64,000 bases of DNA, from NCBI GenBank assembly GCA_021324435.1, contig JAJPIZ010000038.1, positions 126,269 through 190,268 on the forward strand, in the 5' to 3' direction. Below are positions 44,361 through 54,397 of this stretch, one piece after another. The stretch's first letter is position 1. Every line of letters begins with the position of its first letter. Origin of the DNA: Anaerolineae bacterium. GTDB taxonomy: Bacteria; Chloroflexota; Anaerolineae; Anaerolineales; Villigracilaceae. Made by a program: the position numbers and the translations under genes. The notes beneath the pieces were generated by a model that worked only from the letters and a program-made list of their open reading frames with translations, ran no database searches and was not told the DNA's origin.

Positions 44361-45062
44361 ATGTCATTCAAAGCAAAACAGACGCCCGGCAACATTATCT
44401 TTTTCATCGGGATCTTTTCAGGTCTTGCTTTGGCAGTGTTGGCCATTTGGGCGGCCCTCGAAGTTCAGGCTTATTACTACACCGGCGAAACATTCGAAGC
44501 CTTCAACGGACTGCACTGCCCGCTCTTGATGACACGTTCAGAGACAGGCACGATCACTGTGAGCTTTGATAATCCAAGCGACGAGGAGATCCAGCCTTAC
44601 TACAAAGTGGAGACCAGCGGCCCAATCCCTCAGCAGTTTGAGAATCAAATTGTCGTGCCGCCTCATTCATCGAAAAACATTGAATGGACCGTGGGCGTCA
44701 ACGACATAGACCTGCGGTCGTTCATTTTCTCAAGGGTGGAAATCTTGCCCAGCGCCGGACACGGATCGCGTCAGGCGATTTGTGGAATTCCCGTGCTGAA
44801 TATTCCCGGCGCAACCGGCGAGCAGGTTTTTATCTTTACATTGCTCCTCAGTTTATCCGCGATTGCAATTGGCTTTACATGGTGGAGCCGCAGTGTGGAT
44901 AAAAATACCTCAGCCAATATGATCCACTCGATGCAGGCGTTGGGAGTCTCCGTGCTGGCGGCCATGCTCTTCGCGTTCATCGGCTGGACGCTGGTGGGAC
45001 TTATTTTCAGCATCATCGCCATTTTGCTTCTGTTTATCATTCTGCGCTTTGCTGTTGGATAA
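44361..45062 (+). CDS. hypothetical membrane protein (233 aa)
   Basis: N-terminal TM helix, a domain of about 130 aa, then three C-terminal TM helices. No family recognised. Confidence 0.5.
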   Translation: MSFKAKQTPGNIIFFIGIFSGLALAVLAIWAALEVQAYYYTGETFEAFNGLHCPLLMTRSETGTITVSFDNPSDEEIQPYYKVETSGPIPQQFENQIVVPPHSSKNIEWTVGVNDIDLRSFIFSRVEILPSAGHGSRQAICGIPVLNIPGATGEQVFIFTLLLSLSAIAIGFTWWSRSVDKNTSANMIHSMQALGVSVLAAMLFAFIGWTLVGLIFSIIAILLLFIILRFAVG

Positions 45063-45095
45063 AACATCGGCGGCCAAATGGCCGCCGATGTTTTT
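45061..45095. terminator. bidirectional terminator
   Basis: AAAACATCGGCGGCC-aaat-GGCCGCCGATGTTTTT (perfect 15-bp stem). Confidence 0.8.
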
Positions 45096-45099
45096 CGCT

Positions 45100-47817
45100 T
45101 TATGCAACGAGATTCCTCAACACCGTATGGAGTATTCCTCCATTGCGGTAGTAGTTGACTTCTACCTCGGTATTCAGCAAGGCAGTCACCTTGAACTCGA
45201 TCACTTTGCCATCGGGCCTCTTCGCCTTCACGGTCAGGACCGGTTTCGGCGGCATCTTGTCGCTCAAACCGGTGATATCGAAAACTTCATCGCCTTTCAA
45301 GCCGAGCGACTCGGCATTTTGACCGTCCATGAATTTCAACGGCAGGATGCCCATGCCGACCAGGTTCGAGCGATGGATGCGTTCGAACGATTCAGCGATC
45401 ACCGCGCGGACTCCCTGGAGCAGTGGCCCTTTCGCGGCCCAGTCACGGCTGGAGCCGGTGCCGTATTCCTTGCCTGCAACGATGATGGTTGGAATACCGG
45501 CTTCCTTGTACTTCATAGCCGCATCAAAAATTGGCATCACCTGACCATGGTCCGTCGTCTGTTGTCCATCGCCAAAGTACTTCGTCCAGTTGCCTTCCTT
45601 CGGCGCGACCAAAAGATTCTTGAGCCGAATATTCGCGAACGTGCCACGCGCCATCACCAGGTCATTGCCGCGCCGCGTGCCGTATTGATTGAAATCCTTC
45701 GGTTGAATGCCGCGCTCCTGCAAGAATTTTCCGGCGGGAGAATCCGTGGCAATGTTACCCGCAGGCGAGATGTGATCGGTCGTGATCGAGTCGCCGAACA
45801 GCCCGAGCACGCGCGCGCCTTTGATGTCGCTCACAGATGGCACATCCAGCGTCAGCGTTTGGAAATACGGCGGGTGATGAATATATGTGGATTCATCGCT
45901 CCACTGGAACAGGTCGCCCTCGGTCACTTTGATATTCTTCCACATATCCGAGCCGCTGAACACATCCGCGTATTTTTCCTTGAACATCTCGGCTCTCACG
46001 TTCGAAGCCACGGCTTTATTGATCTCATCCTGCGTCGGCCACAAATCTTTCAGATACACAGGCTGACCATCTTTGCCCGCGCCGAGCGGTTCTTTATCGA
46101 GGTCAATGTCCACCGTGCCGGCCAGCGCGTACGCGACGACCAGCGGCGGACTGGCGAGGAAGTTGGCTTTGACCAGCGGATGGACGCGGCCCTCGAAGTT
46201 GCGATTGCCCGAGAGCACCGCCGCCGCAACCAAATCGGACCCGGTCACGGCTTTCGCGACCTCGCCCGGGAGAGGACCGCTGTTGCCGATGCACGTCGTG
46301 CAACCATAGGCGATCACGTTGAATCCGAGTTTCGCGAGCGGGTCAATCAACCCGGCCTGTTTTAGATATTCCGTCACAACGCGCGAACCGGGCGCGAGCG
46401 AAGTCTTGACGTATGGCTTGACCGTCAGGCCTTTTTCGATGGCTTTCTTCGCGACCAATCCCGCCGCGACCAAAACAGACGGGTTCGATGTATTCGTGCA
46501 GGATGTAATCGCCGCGATCACAACCGCGCCATGTGTCATCTTCATCGAGCCGCCGTTCGTGCCGAAGGTCGCTTCAGCCTTCAAGGCTTCGGGGGTCAAT
46601 TCAAAGCCGCGCTCTTTGACCGGCGCGGTCAATGCTTTTTCAAATGTCTCTTTGAGTTCAGACATCGGCACGCGGTCCTGCGGACGCTTGGGGCCGGCCA
46701 GCGAGGGCACGACCGATCCGAGGTCCAGTTCGAGCGTGTCGGTGAATTCCGGGTCCGGCGTGGACGCGTCGCGGAAGAGTCCCTGCGCGCGCATGTAGAC
46801 TTCCACGCGTTCGATCACCTCATCGGAGCGGCCAGTCAATTTCATGTAGCGAAGTGTTTCCGCATCCACCGGGAAGTAACCGACGGTCGCGCCATATTCG
46901 GGAGCCATATTGCCAATGGTGGCGCGATCCGCGATGGACATCGAGTCGAGGCCGGGGCCGAAGAACTCGACGAACTTATCCACGACGCCTTTCTTGCGAA
47001 GCATCTGCGTGACGGTGAGGACAAGATCGGTGGCGGTGACGCCATCGCGCAATTTGCCGTGCAGTTTGAAGCCGATCACATCCGGCAGGAGCATGTCCAT
47101 GGGCTGGCCGAGCATCACGGCTTCAGCCTCGATGCCGCCCACGCCCCATCCCACAACGCCAAGACCGTTGATCATCGTCGTGTGCGAGTCGGTTCCAACC
47201 AGTGTGTCTGGGAAAGCAACAGTTTCTTTGCCGTCTTTCTTGGTCATGACCACATCGGCCAGATACTCAAGATTGACTTGATGCACGATGCCGGTCATGG
47301 GCGGGACGACGCGGAAGTTGCTGAATGCTTTTTGTCCCCACTTCAAAAATTCATAGCGCTCGCGGTTGCGCTGGAACTCGACTTCCGCGTTGCGTTGCAG
47401 AGCGTCGGGTGTGGCGAAGAAATCCACTTGAACGGAGTGGTCAATGACGAGGTCAACCGGTACGAGCGGATTGATCTTCTTCGGGTCGCCGCCGAGGCGA
47501 GCGACCGCGGCGCGCATGGCGGCCAAATCCACGATTGCGGGGACGCCGGTGAAGTCCTGCATAATGACGCGCGCCGGAAGAAATGGAATGCCGGGGCGCG
47601 TGCCTTGCGGCTTCCACGCGGCGATGTTCTTCACATGGCTTTGAGTAATCTCCTTGTCGTTGCATTGACGGAGAGCCGCCTCGAGCATGATACGGATCGA
47701 AAACGGAAGCCGCTTGAGGTCCGTGAGACGCGCTTTTTCGAGCGCGTCGAGGCGATAGATCACGTATTCCTTTTTCCCCGCTTTCAATACGTCGCGTGCT
47801 TTAAAGAAATCGTTCAT
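45100..47817 (-). CDS. acnA: aconitate hydratase A (905 aa)
   Basis: Full-length AcnA/IRP-type sequence with Fe-S ligand regions [10 protein letters not shown] and [11 protein letters not shown]. Confidence 0.95.
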   Translation of the reverse strand: MNDFFKARDVLKAGKKEYVIYRLDALEKARLTDLKRLPFSIRIMLEAALRQCNDKEITQSHVKNIAAWKPQGTRPGIPFLPARVIMQDFTGVPAIVDLAAMRAAVARLGGDPKKINPLVPVDLVIDHSVQVDFFATPDALQRNAEVEFQRNRERYEFLKWGQKAFSNFRVVPPMTGIVHQVNLEYLADVVMTKKDGKETVAFPDTLVGTDSHTTMINGLGVVGWGVGGIEAEAVMLGQPMDMLLPDVIGFKLHGKLRDGVTATDLVLTVTQMLRKKGVVDKFVEFFGPGLDSMSIADRATIGNMAPEYGATVGYFPVDAETLRYMKLTGRSDEVIERVEVYMRAQGLFRDASTPDPEFTDTLELDLGSVVPSLAGPKRPQDRVPMSELKETFEKALTAPVKERGFELTPEALKAEATFGTNGGSMKMTHGAVVIAAITSCTNTSNPSVLVAAGLVAKKAIEKGLTVKPYVKTSLAPGSRVVTEYLKQAGLIDPLAKLGFNVIAYGCTTCIGNSGPLPGEVAKAVTGSDLVAAAVLSGNRNFEGRVHPLVKANFLASPPLVVAYALAGTVDIDLDKEPLGAGKDGQPVYLKDLWPTQDEINKAVASNVRAEMFKEKYADVFSGSDMWKNIKVTEGDLFQWSDESTYIHHPPYFQTLTLDVPSVSDIKGARVLGLFGDSITTDHISPAGNIATDSPAGKFLQERGIQPKDFNQYGTRRGNDLVMARGTFANIRLKNLLVAPKEGNWTKYFGDGQQTTDHGQVMPIFDAAMKYKEAGIPTIIVAGKEYGTGSSRDWAAKGPLLQGVRAVIAESFERIHRSNLVGMGILPLKFMDGQNAESLGLKGDEVFDITGLSDKMPPKPVLTVKAKRPDGKVIEFKVTALLNTEVEVNYYRNGGILHTVLRNLVA

Positions 47818-47842
47818 AGGAAACTCCTTTGGTGGTGGTCTC

Positions 47843-47899
47843 CCTCACTCCCATCCCCTCTCCCAAAATCGGGAGAGAGCGAAAGGATGAGGGGAAAGG
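47843..47899. repeat. GC-rich nested palindrome, intergenic copy
   Basis: CCTCACTCCCATCCCCTCTCCC-aaaatc-GGGAGAGAGCGAAAGGATGAGGGGAAAGG. Confidence 0.7.
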
Positions 47900-47902
47900 T
47901 CA

Positions 47903-47960
47903 CACCACAAAGTCACGAAGGACACAAAGGAGCGCCTTGGATGTCCTTGGGGCCTGCGTG
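47903..47960. repeat. imperfect hairpin of ...AAG-periodic units (same architecture as 6018-6091)
   Basis: CCACAAAG-TCACGAAG-GACACAAAG-GA...TCCTTGGGGCCTGCGTGGTGG. CCACCAC pairs with GTGGTGG and AAGGACA with TGTCCTT. Confidence 0.45.
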
Positions 47961-47967
47961 GTGGGAT

Positions 47968-49011
47968 CTACAACAATTTCAGGTCTTTCTTCAAATTGTT
48001 CGCCAGATTGACCTTCTCGTTTTCGGGCAGGAAAGCCGCCTTTGCCGCGGCGAGAATGCGTTGTTTCAATGTGTCCTGCGGGACGCCCAGATCATCGCAG
48101 ACAACATGATATTCATGGCTGAGCGTGATGCGCGAGATGCTGGGATCATCGGTGTTGATCGTGACGTTGAGTCCGCGTTCGAGCATGGCGGCCAGCGGAT
48201 GCGAATCCAAAGCAGGGACGACGCCGGACTGATAGTTGCTGGTCACGCAGACTTCAAAGGCCGTGCCATGTTCCTTCGCCAGTTGCGTGATGTGCTCATC
48301 TTCCAATACACGGACGCCGTGACCGATGCGTTCCGCACCTAATTCGTGGATGGCCTCTTTGACGTTCGCCGCCGGCCCCCACTCCCCGGCGTGGATGGTG
48401 ATGTGCAGTCCGGCCTGTTTGGCTTCCTTGAAGACTCCATAAAACGGCTCGGACTTGAACTCGGCTTCGTTGCCCGCCAAATCCATGGCGACGATGCCGC
48501 GATCTTTGTGTTCCGCCGCCAGCCACGCCACCTGTTCAGCCAGTTCGTGGCTTTCATGGCGGTTGACGGAGGCAATCAGTTTAACGACGACTCCGAATTT
48601 TTGCGCCGCTTCCTGCGCGCTGGTGAGCACCCAGTCAATCACGTCATGGAGTGGAAACCGTTCGGCGCGGCTCAATGCCACCGGCGTGAAACGCAGCTCC
48701 ATGTATTTGATGTTGTCTTTGGCGGCGTCTTCGATTGCCTCGCGCGTGATGCGATGAATGACCTCCGGTGAACGATAGAAGAGACGTAATGTGTTGAACT
48801 TGGAGAGGAAATTCTGAAATGTGAAGTTCTCTTCTGCCTGCATCTGCACCAGAGTGCTCAGCCGCAAAACATCCGCCGGGATGGTGATGCCGTGCTGACG
48901 CGCAATGTCGAGCATCGTATCCAAACGCAACGTGCCCTCCAGGTGTCGGTGAAGTTCCACCTTTGGGAGGGCGCGATAGTTCTTCAACGTTGCGGTGACA
49001 GGTTCACGCAT
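47968..49011 (-). CDS. add: adenosine deaminase
   Basis: LPKVELHRHLEGTLR, SVNRHES, GHG, TINTDDP. ATG 49011 lies 10 nt downstream of the secA stop. The 49143 start would overlap secA. Confidence 0.88.
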   Translation of the reverse strand: MREPVTATLKNYRALPKVELHRHLEGTLRLDTMLDIARQHGITIPADVLRLSTLVQMQAEENFTFQNFLSKFNTLRLFYRSPEVIHRITREAIEDAAKDNIKYMELRFTPVALSRAERFPLHDVIDWVLTSAQEAAQKFGVVVKLIASVNRHESHELAEQVAWLAAEHKDRGIVAMDLAGNEAEFKSEPFYGVFKEAKQAGLHITIHAGEWGPAANVKEAIHELGAERIGHGVRVLEDEHITQLAKEHGTAFEVCVTSNYQSGVVPALDSHPLAAMLERGLNVTINTDDPSISRITLSHEYHVVCDDLGVPQDTLKQRILAAAKAAFLPENEKVNLANNLKKDLKLL

Positions 49012-49021
49012 ACCTGTAAGT

Positions 49022-52000
49022 CTAATGTCGTCGTCGTTTCTTTTTACCGCTCTCGACCTGCGGGGTCTGCGCCGCGGCCGCGGCGGAGGTCTCGGCCACC
49101 TCGGTCGGTGTGATCTCGACACCTGCACTTGCGCCAGGTGCAAGCGTGCGTCTCGGTTGATACGAGAAGACGCGTCCGATCACGGCGGCGCGCACATCTG
49201 CAAGCAATTGCTGGAACAATTCCGACGCGCGGCCTTTATATTGTACCAGCGGGTCGCGCTGGGCGTAAGCCTCCAGCCCAATCGAAACGCGCAGAGCCTC
49301 GACCTTCGTCAGATACTCCACCCACAACTCGGTGATGGCAGACAACAGCAATTGACGTTTGACTTCGTTCAGGATGTAGGAGCCGATGGCCTGGATCAAG
49401 GTCTCCCGCTCGGACTCACTCAAAGCGGTCACCGCGTCATTGAGTCTTTCTTCGCCGAAAACTTTCGCGGCGGGACCGAAATCTGCGAGTTTGGTCGCAT
49501 TCTGACTCAAGCGGGCAAACTCGCCCTGCCCCCACGCGGTCTGCAACGCAGACTCAGCCTGCTCGAGATGATCGAGAACCGCGTCGGTCACTTCATCCGC
49601 GGAACGATTTTCGAGCAGATGCGCGGCCAGAAAAACGTAACTGAAGCGGTTGAACACCTGCCGCGCCTGACGATGCGTGCGCGGATCGAAGACGGTGCGT
49701 ACACCCTGCGAAAGCGAAAGCAAAAGGCGTAATTTCGACGAGTCATCTTCGCCGGATTCGCGTTGAAGCACAGAATCAATATCGCGTTCGACTTGTGAAG
49801 TGAGCCGCTCGCGCTGGCGTTGCATCAGGCCGCGCGTGGCAGACATGATTTTCTCAGCGGCGTCATCCCAATCGGTTGCGCTAATTTTCTCACCCAGCGC
49901 TTCACCGAAACGTCGCTCCACCGCGCCGACCACGCGCGCCGCGCTGAGACCGATCAATTGAGTCTCAACGTAGTCTTCCAGCCAGTCTTTGAATTCTTTT
50001 GGGTCGTCTTCCAGCTGGCGAAGTTGCTCGCCGGTCAAACGCAGTTGGAAGCCGATCAGATTGCCAAGTTCTTCAGCCAGTTTCTGCGGGCGAGGCTTTT
50101 CTTCCGAGTCGCGTAACGTGTCGAAGAAAGCATCCAGCGCATCGGTGCGTGACTCGATTTGGGCGTCGAGGCTTTTTTCTGCGTTGTCAATCAAAGACTC
50201 GACGGCGCGCAAGGCGTGAACTTGTTCGGCTTCGATGGCGCGCTCGATCAATTTAACGGCGGCAGATTTGAGGTCCGAGCCGGAAGCGGAGAATTCATCA
50301 AGCAGAAGTTTGAGACCGAAGGATGGAAATAATTTTCCCTGCGCCTGGTACTCGCTCTTGTTCGTAGAGTACTCAAACGGCGGCTGGACTCCTTCCAGCC
50401 ACGCGATCAACTTCCACGGACCTTCCTCGTCGGTCAATCCGGCTTCCACGCGCGCTTCGACTTCGGACTCCAACATTTGCGCGACATCTTCGGTCAAATC
50501 TTCTTTCGTGAAGATGCGGTCGCGCTGGGAATAGATTTGCTCGCGCTGTTTGTTCAGCACGTCGTCGTATTCGAGCAGGTGTTTGCGGACGTCGAAGTTG
50601 GCGCCTTCGACGCGATGCTGTGAGCCTTCGATGATGCCGCTTACCAGGCGCGCCTCGAGCGGAAGCGAGTCATCCACTTTGAGTCTCTGCATCAAACTGC
50701 TGACCTGTTCGCCGCCGAACAGTCGCATGAGATCATCTTCGAGCGAGAGATAAAAACGCGACGAGCCGGGGTCGCCCTGACGGGCGGCGCGGCCGCGCAA
50801 TTGATTGTCAATGCGGCGCGCCTCGTGACGTTCGGAGCCGATCACGTGCAGACCGCCAAGCTGCTTGACGCGTTCCATGTCTTCGAAATATTGCAGGAAG
50901 AGTTTTACTTCTGATTCATAAAGACCGTACGTCGAGGGATCCACTTTTTGCAAAGCCTGACGGCGCTCTTCGAGTGACATATCGAACGGGTCTTGATACC
51001 CCGCGCGGCGCAGAACGCGATTGACGGCTGAGATGACTTCCTCGGCGATCTCGCCGCCGAGTTTGATGTCTACACCGCGGCCGGCCATGTTGGTGGCGAT
51101 GGTCACCGCGCCGAACGCGCCCGCTCCGGCGATGATCTGCGATTCTTCCGTGTGCCTGCGCGCATTCAACACCTGATGCGGCACACCGGCCTGTAGTACC
51201 GACTTTAGTCGGTTGGTTGATTCTTCGGGTAGTTTCAAAATCTCTCGCAGGGTGGCGAGGTTCGATGGATCGTCAAGGCTGATGTTGGTAAAACCAAACG
51301 ATGAGCTGAATTTTCGCAACGCGTCGGGCGTGATATTTTCCAATGGTTCATTGAAAGGTTGCAGGTCCGGAATGAGGCGGCCATCTTCTTCGAGGCCTTT
51401 GGCTTGCATAAACGCGTGGCGGATGAGCAGGATGTGCATCAAGCGGCGCACCGGTTCGGCCTTGAGTCGGTTCGATAAACGATCCGACGATTCAACCGAG
51501 GTCGTGCCGACCAGCAAAGGACGTCCCAGCACGTGATAGCGGACGATCTCCGCAACAATCGAACGCAGTTTCGCTTCAACCGTTCGATAAATGACATCGG
51601 GATAATCTTTACGGCGATAGAACAAAGGTTGATTGGCATCATCACGCCGCGCGTAATACGAGTATTGATAGCCCTCTTCATCTTTTGCTTTGACTTCAAC
51701 CAGCGGCGCGTCTTTTCCAAACGCCTGATATTCGAGGTTGGTGGGGATGGGCGTGACTTCGAGTTTATAAATTTTGCTGAACTCTTCGGCTTCGGTCAGC
51801 GCGGTGCCGGTCATGCCCGCCAGTTTTTTGTACATACGGAAATAATTTTGCAGAGTGATGGTCGCGTAGGTCACGTTCTCGGGTTCGACACGCACGCCCT
51901 CCTTGGCCTCCACGGCCTGATGCAAACCGTCGGACCATCTTCGTCCGGGCATGAGGCGGCCCGTGAATTCATCCACGATGACGACTTTGCCGCCCTGCAC

Positions 52001-53080
52001 AAGATAATCCTTGTTGCGATGGAAAAGATATTGCGCGCGCAAAGCCTGTTCGAGATAACCGGTGAGGCGCGCCTGTTCGGGCGTGACATCTTCCGGTCGG
52101 TCCGGATCCATGAGCGGCTGGCCCAAAATGGCTTCCACATGTCCCACGCCGACTTCCGTTAAACTCACCGTCCGGTCTTTTTCGTTGACCTCGTAATCTT
52201 CGGGCTTGAGTTGCTTGACGATCTGCGCCATGCGGCCATACCACTCGAGGTCGCCCTGCGCCGGCCCGGAGATGATGAGCGGCGTGCGCGCTTCGTCAAT
52301 CAGCACGTTGTCCACTTCGTCCACGATGGCGTAGTAGTGACCGCGTTGGACGCGATCGCTGAGGCGCATCGTCATGTTGTCGCGCAGATAATCGAAGCCG
52401 AACTCGGAGTTTGTTCCATAGGTGATGTCGGCTTTATATGCCTCGGCGCGATCCACGAGCCGCAAATGATTCTGATCCTCGTGCGGCGATTCTTTTTCAA
52501 AATCAACGATGAAGGCCTTCTTGCCGTTCTCGGTCGCGGCGGCCATTTGCAACACACCAACGGACAGCCCAAGCATGTTAAAGATGGGAGCCATCCAGCG
52601 CGCGTCGCGTCGCGCCAGATAATCATTGACCGTGACGAGGTGCACGCCGCGCCCGGTCAATGCGTTGAGATACAGCGGCAGAGTCGCGACCAGCGTTTTG
52701 CCCTCGCCTGTGCGCATCTCGGCGATCCTGCCGCGATGCAAAACAATGCCACCAATTAGTTGAACATCATAGTGGCGCAGGCCGATGGTTCGTTTGGAGG
52801 CTTCGCGCACTGCGGCGAACGCCTCGGGGAGGATTTCATCTAAGACCCCCCTTTCATCGCCCTCACCCCTGTCCCTCTCCCAATTTTGGGAGAGGATGTC
52901 CGAAGGACGGGTGAGGGAGAGTTTCCCTCTAAACTCCTCCGTCTTGGCGCGCAAAGCCTCGTCCGAGAGTTTTTCGAACTCCGGCTCGAGGGCGTTGATT
53001 TGGTCAACAATCTCGCTTAATTTTTCGATTTCACGCTTGTGGGGGTTTCCGCCGACCACACTGACGAATTTCTGAAGCAT
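49022..53080 (-). CDS. secA: preprotein translocase ATPase SecA, unusually long (1352 aa), no C-terminal Zn finger
   Basis: [14 protein letters not shown] (Walker A), [61 protein letters not shown]. Ends ...[10 protein letters not shown]. Confidence 0.95.
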   Translation of the reverse strand: MLQKFVSVVGGNPHKREIEKLSEIVDQINALEPEFEKLSDEALRAKTEEFRGKLSLTRPSDILSQNWERDRGEGDERGVLDEILPEAFAAVREASKRTIGLRHYDVQLIGGIVLHRGRIAEMRTGEGKTLVATLPLYLNALTGRGVHLVTVNDYLARRDARWMAPIFNMLGLSVGVLQMAAATENGKKAFIVDFEKESPHEDQNHLRLVDRAEAYKADITYGTNSEFGFDYLRDNMTMRLSDRVQRGHYYAIVDEVDNVLIDEARTPLIISGPAQGDLEWYGRMAQIVKQLKPEDYEVNEKDRTVSLTEVGVGHVEAILGQPLMDPDRPEDVTPEQARLTGYLEQALRAQYLFHRNKDYLVQGGKVVIVDEFTGRLMPGRRWSDGLHQAVEAKEGVRVEPENVTYATITLQNYFRMYKKLAGMTGTALTEAEEFSKIYKLEVTPIPTNLEYQAFGKDAPLVEVKAKDEEGYQYSYYARRDDANQPLFYRRKDYPDVIYRTVEAKLRSIVAEIVRYHVLGRPLLVGTTSVESSDRLSNRLKAEPVRRLMHILLIRHAFMQAKGLEEDGRLIPDLQPFNEPLENITPDALRKFSSSFGFTNISLDDPSNLATLREILKLPEESTNRLKSVLQAGVPHQVLNARRHTEESQIIAGAGAFGAVTIATNMAGRGVDIKLGGEIAEEVISAVNRVLRRAGYQDPFDMSLEERRQALQKVDPSTYGLYESEVKLFLQYFEDMERVKQLGGLHVIGSERHEARRIDNQLRGRAARQGDPGSSRFYLSLEDDLMRLFGGEQVSSLMQRLKVDDSLPLEARLVSGIIEGSQHRVEGANFDVRKHLLEYDDVLNKQREQIYSQRDRIFTKEDLTEDVAQMLESEVEARVEAGLTDEEGPWKLIAWLEGVQPPFEYSTNKSEYQAQGKLFPSFGLKLLLDEFSASGSDLKSAAVKLIERAIEAEQVHALRAVESLIDNAEKSLDAQIESRTDALDAFFDTLRDSEEKPRPQKLAEELGNLIGFQLRLTGEQLRQLEDDPKEFKDWLEDYVETQLIGLSAARVVGAVERRFGEALGEKISATDWDDAAEKIMSATRGLMQRQRERLTSQVERDIDSVLQRESGEDDSSKLRLLLSLSQGVRTVFDPRTHRQARQVFNRFSYVFLAAHLLENRSADEVTDAVLDHLEQAESALQTAWGQGEFARLSQNATKLADFGPAAKVFGEERLNDAVTALSESERETLIQAIGSYILNEVKRQLLLSAITELWVEYLTKVEALRVSIGLEAYAQRDPLVQYKGRASELFQQLLADVRAAVIGRVFSYQPRRTLAPGASAGVEITPTEVAETSAAAAAQTPQVESGKKKRRRH
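52860..52917. repeat. GC-rich nested palindrome inserted in frame in secA
   Basis: CCCTCACCCCTGTCCCTCTCCCA-atttt-GGGAGAGGATGTCCGAAGGACGGGTGAGGG encodes [18 protein letters not shown] on the minus strand. Confidence 0.75.
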
Positions 53081-53089
53081 AAATACCTT

Positions 53090-53161
53090 TCACGCTTGTT
53101 TAGGATTCCCGCCAACCACACTTCCCCTCAAAAAGCGAAGGGCAGGCAAATTCTGAAGCAT
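53090..53161 (-). other. degenerate tandem duplicate of the secA RBS and first about 17 codons, forming a 23-codon uORF (MLQNLPALRFLRGSVVGGNPKQA*)
   Basis: GAAAGGGATTCTATGCTTCAGAA...AGTGTGGTTGGCGGGAATCC.AAACAAGCGTGA compares with the real GAAAGGTATTTATGCTTCAGAA...AGTGTGGTCGGCGGAAACCCCCACAAGCGTGAA. The uORF stop lies 9 nt before the secA ATG. Confidence 0.6.
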
Positions 53162-53182
53162 AGAATCCCTTTCGGAGAAGGG

Positions 53183-53191
53183 ATTATAGCA
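53183..53191 (-). promoter_or_regulatory. extended -10 promoter TGCTATAAT upstream of uORF/secA
   Basis: The minus strand reads ggtaTGCTATAATccc, located between the upstream terminator and the uORF RBS. Confidence 0.4.
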
Positions 53192-53193
53192 TA

Positions 53194-53227
53194 CCAAAAT
53201 ATCCCGAAACTCTCAGCTTCGGGATAT
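53194..53227 (-). terminator. rho-independent terminator of the AT-rich two-gene operon
   Basis: The minus strand reads ATATCCCGAA-gctgagagt-TTCGGGATATTTTGG (perfect 10-bp stem). Confidence 0.7.
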
Positions 53228-53282
53228 TATAAGAAAAGTTTCTAGAGATGTTTTACGAATCGAAATCTGAGATCCAGAACAA

Positions 53283-54395
53283 TTAACCCCCACTCTTTGT
53301 CGATTTTTCGGTTTTTGTTGGCTTTGATTGTTTCCCACCCGTCTCAGAAGCATATTGTTGTATTTGCTCGGATTTGGCTGGTAATGTGGCCGCAGGTGAA
53401 GGATTTATCCATCCATTTACCTCTGCCACTAAACGAGCAATTCCATAAGGGATTGCTACAATTGGGGTAAATAGAATCCACAGTGTCACGTCAATTAAGA
53501 TGTAGGCGGCCCTCCAAATCACATCAGCCAGAAATGCCAGCACCGGAAGGACGCCAATGATTAGGATGGCTAACAAATAGATCAACACTATAAAACCTGA
53601 GGCCGCAGGCGTGAAAGTCAGGGCTGCCGATAGGGAGTTATTAATGGCCAAGAGACCATATAAAACAAAAGATAAAATCAAATCTGAAGTTGGGCTCGAC
53701 TCCAGATAACCTAGCGATATTAATCTCTGAACTGCAAGGGCAATCATTACGACGACAGCAAACAAAGTCACCGTTACAGCAAATAGCTTGAAAATCTTCT
53801 TCTGGGCGTCAGACAATGTGTCGGTATCAATTAACGCACCCTTACCTGACATCTCAACAAGCATCCATACACCAACCACCGTTGACATTACCGCCCCTCC
53901 TAAAACCGCAAGCTCCAATCTTTGCAATAGAGGGGGCAAATCAGGTGGAATCACACCCATGAGGACAAGGGTGGCCGCAACAACGATTGCATCTGCAATA
54001 AGGAAGAAAACAAAGAAAACCAGAGATATGACATAACCTAATGACCTTAAGGGGTTTTCAGGGTCAAAAACACGGTCTCTTTGAGCGTTAATAAATTTTG
54101 TTAAGGTGCCGTCACGCTTAGAATCGTTATTGGTCTTTGAATCGGGATCGGTCTTGGCCTCACGACGGCTATTTAGCGCCAATTGCTCCAAGAATTCCCT
54201 TGGATAAAGCGGGGGTTCATTTGGTTCCTTATCCTTCTTGAAAATTATTGGCTTGGTAATCAGTTTACCGAGTCGTCCGATGAGATTCTGCCATCGCTTG
54301 ACCCAAACCAAATCTACCACTATCCATATAATCGCGACTATCCCAAAGTATTGCCAATGAAAGAGATCATAGAAGAACTGTAGTAATGTGGACAT
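53283..54395 (-). CDS. hypothetical polytopic membrane protein (370 aa), AT-rich
   Basis: N-terminal TM helix, a Lys/Asp-rich loop, at least 6 further TM helices, and a Lys/Ser/Thr-rich tail. Starts 2 nt after the upstream stop. Confidence 0.6.
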   Translation of the reverse strand: MSTLLQFFYDLFHWQYFGIVAIIWIVVDLVWVKRWQNLIGRLGKLITKPIIFKKDKEPNEPPLYPREFLEQLALNSRREAKTDPDSKTNNDSKRDGTLTKFINAQRDRVFDPENPLRSLGYVISLVFFVFFLIADAIVVAATLVLMGVIPPDLPPLLQRLELAVLGGAVMSTVVGVWMLVEMSGKGALIDTDTLSDAQKKIFKLFAVTVTLFAVVVMIALAVQRLISLGYLESSPTSDLILSFVLYGLLAINNSLSAALTFTPAASGFIVLIYLLAILIIGVLPVLAFLADVIWRAAYILIDVTLWILFTPIVAIPYGIARLVAEVNGWINPSPAATLPAKSEQIQQYASETGGKQSKPTKTEKSTKSGG

Positions 54396-54397
54396 GG

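Noticed and set aside
45049-48342. Long plus-strand ORFs (45049..46365, 438 aa; 46531..48342, 603 aa) opposite acnA and add.
   Set aside because: They lie antisense to strongly recognisable genes. Their products are Arg/His/Gly-rich with no motifs. Such shadow ORFs are typical of high-GC DNA.
49012-49143. Arg/Pro-rich N-terminal extension of adenosine deaminase.
   Set aside because: It overlaps the 3' end of secA in another frame. ATG 49011 gives a normal ADA N terminus.
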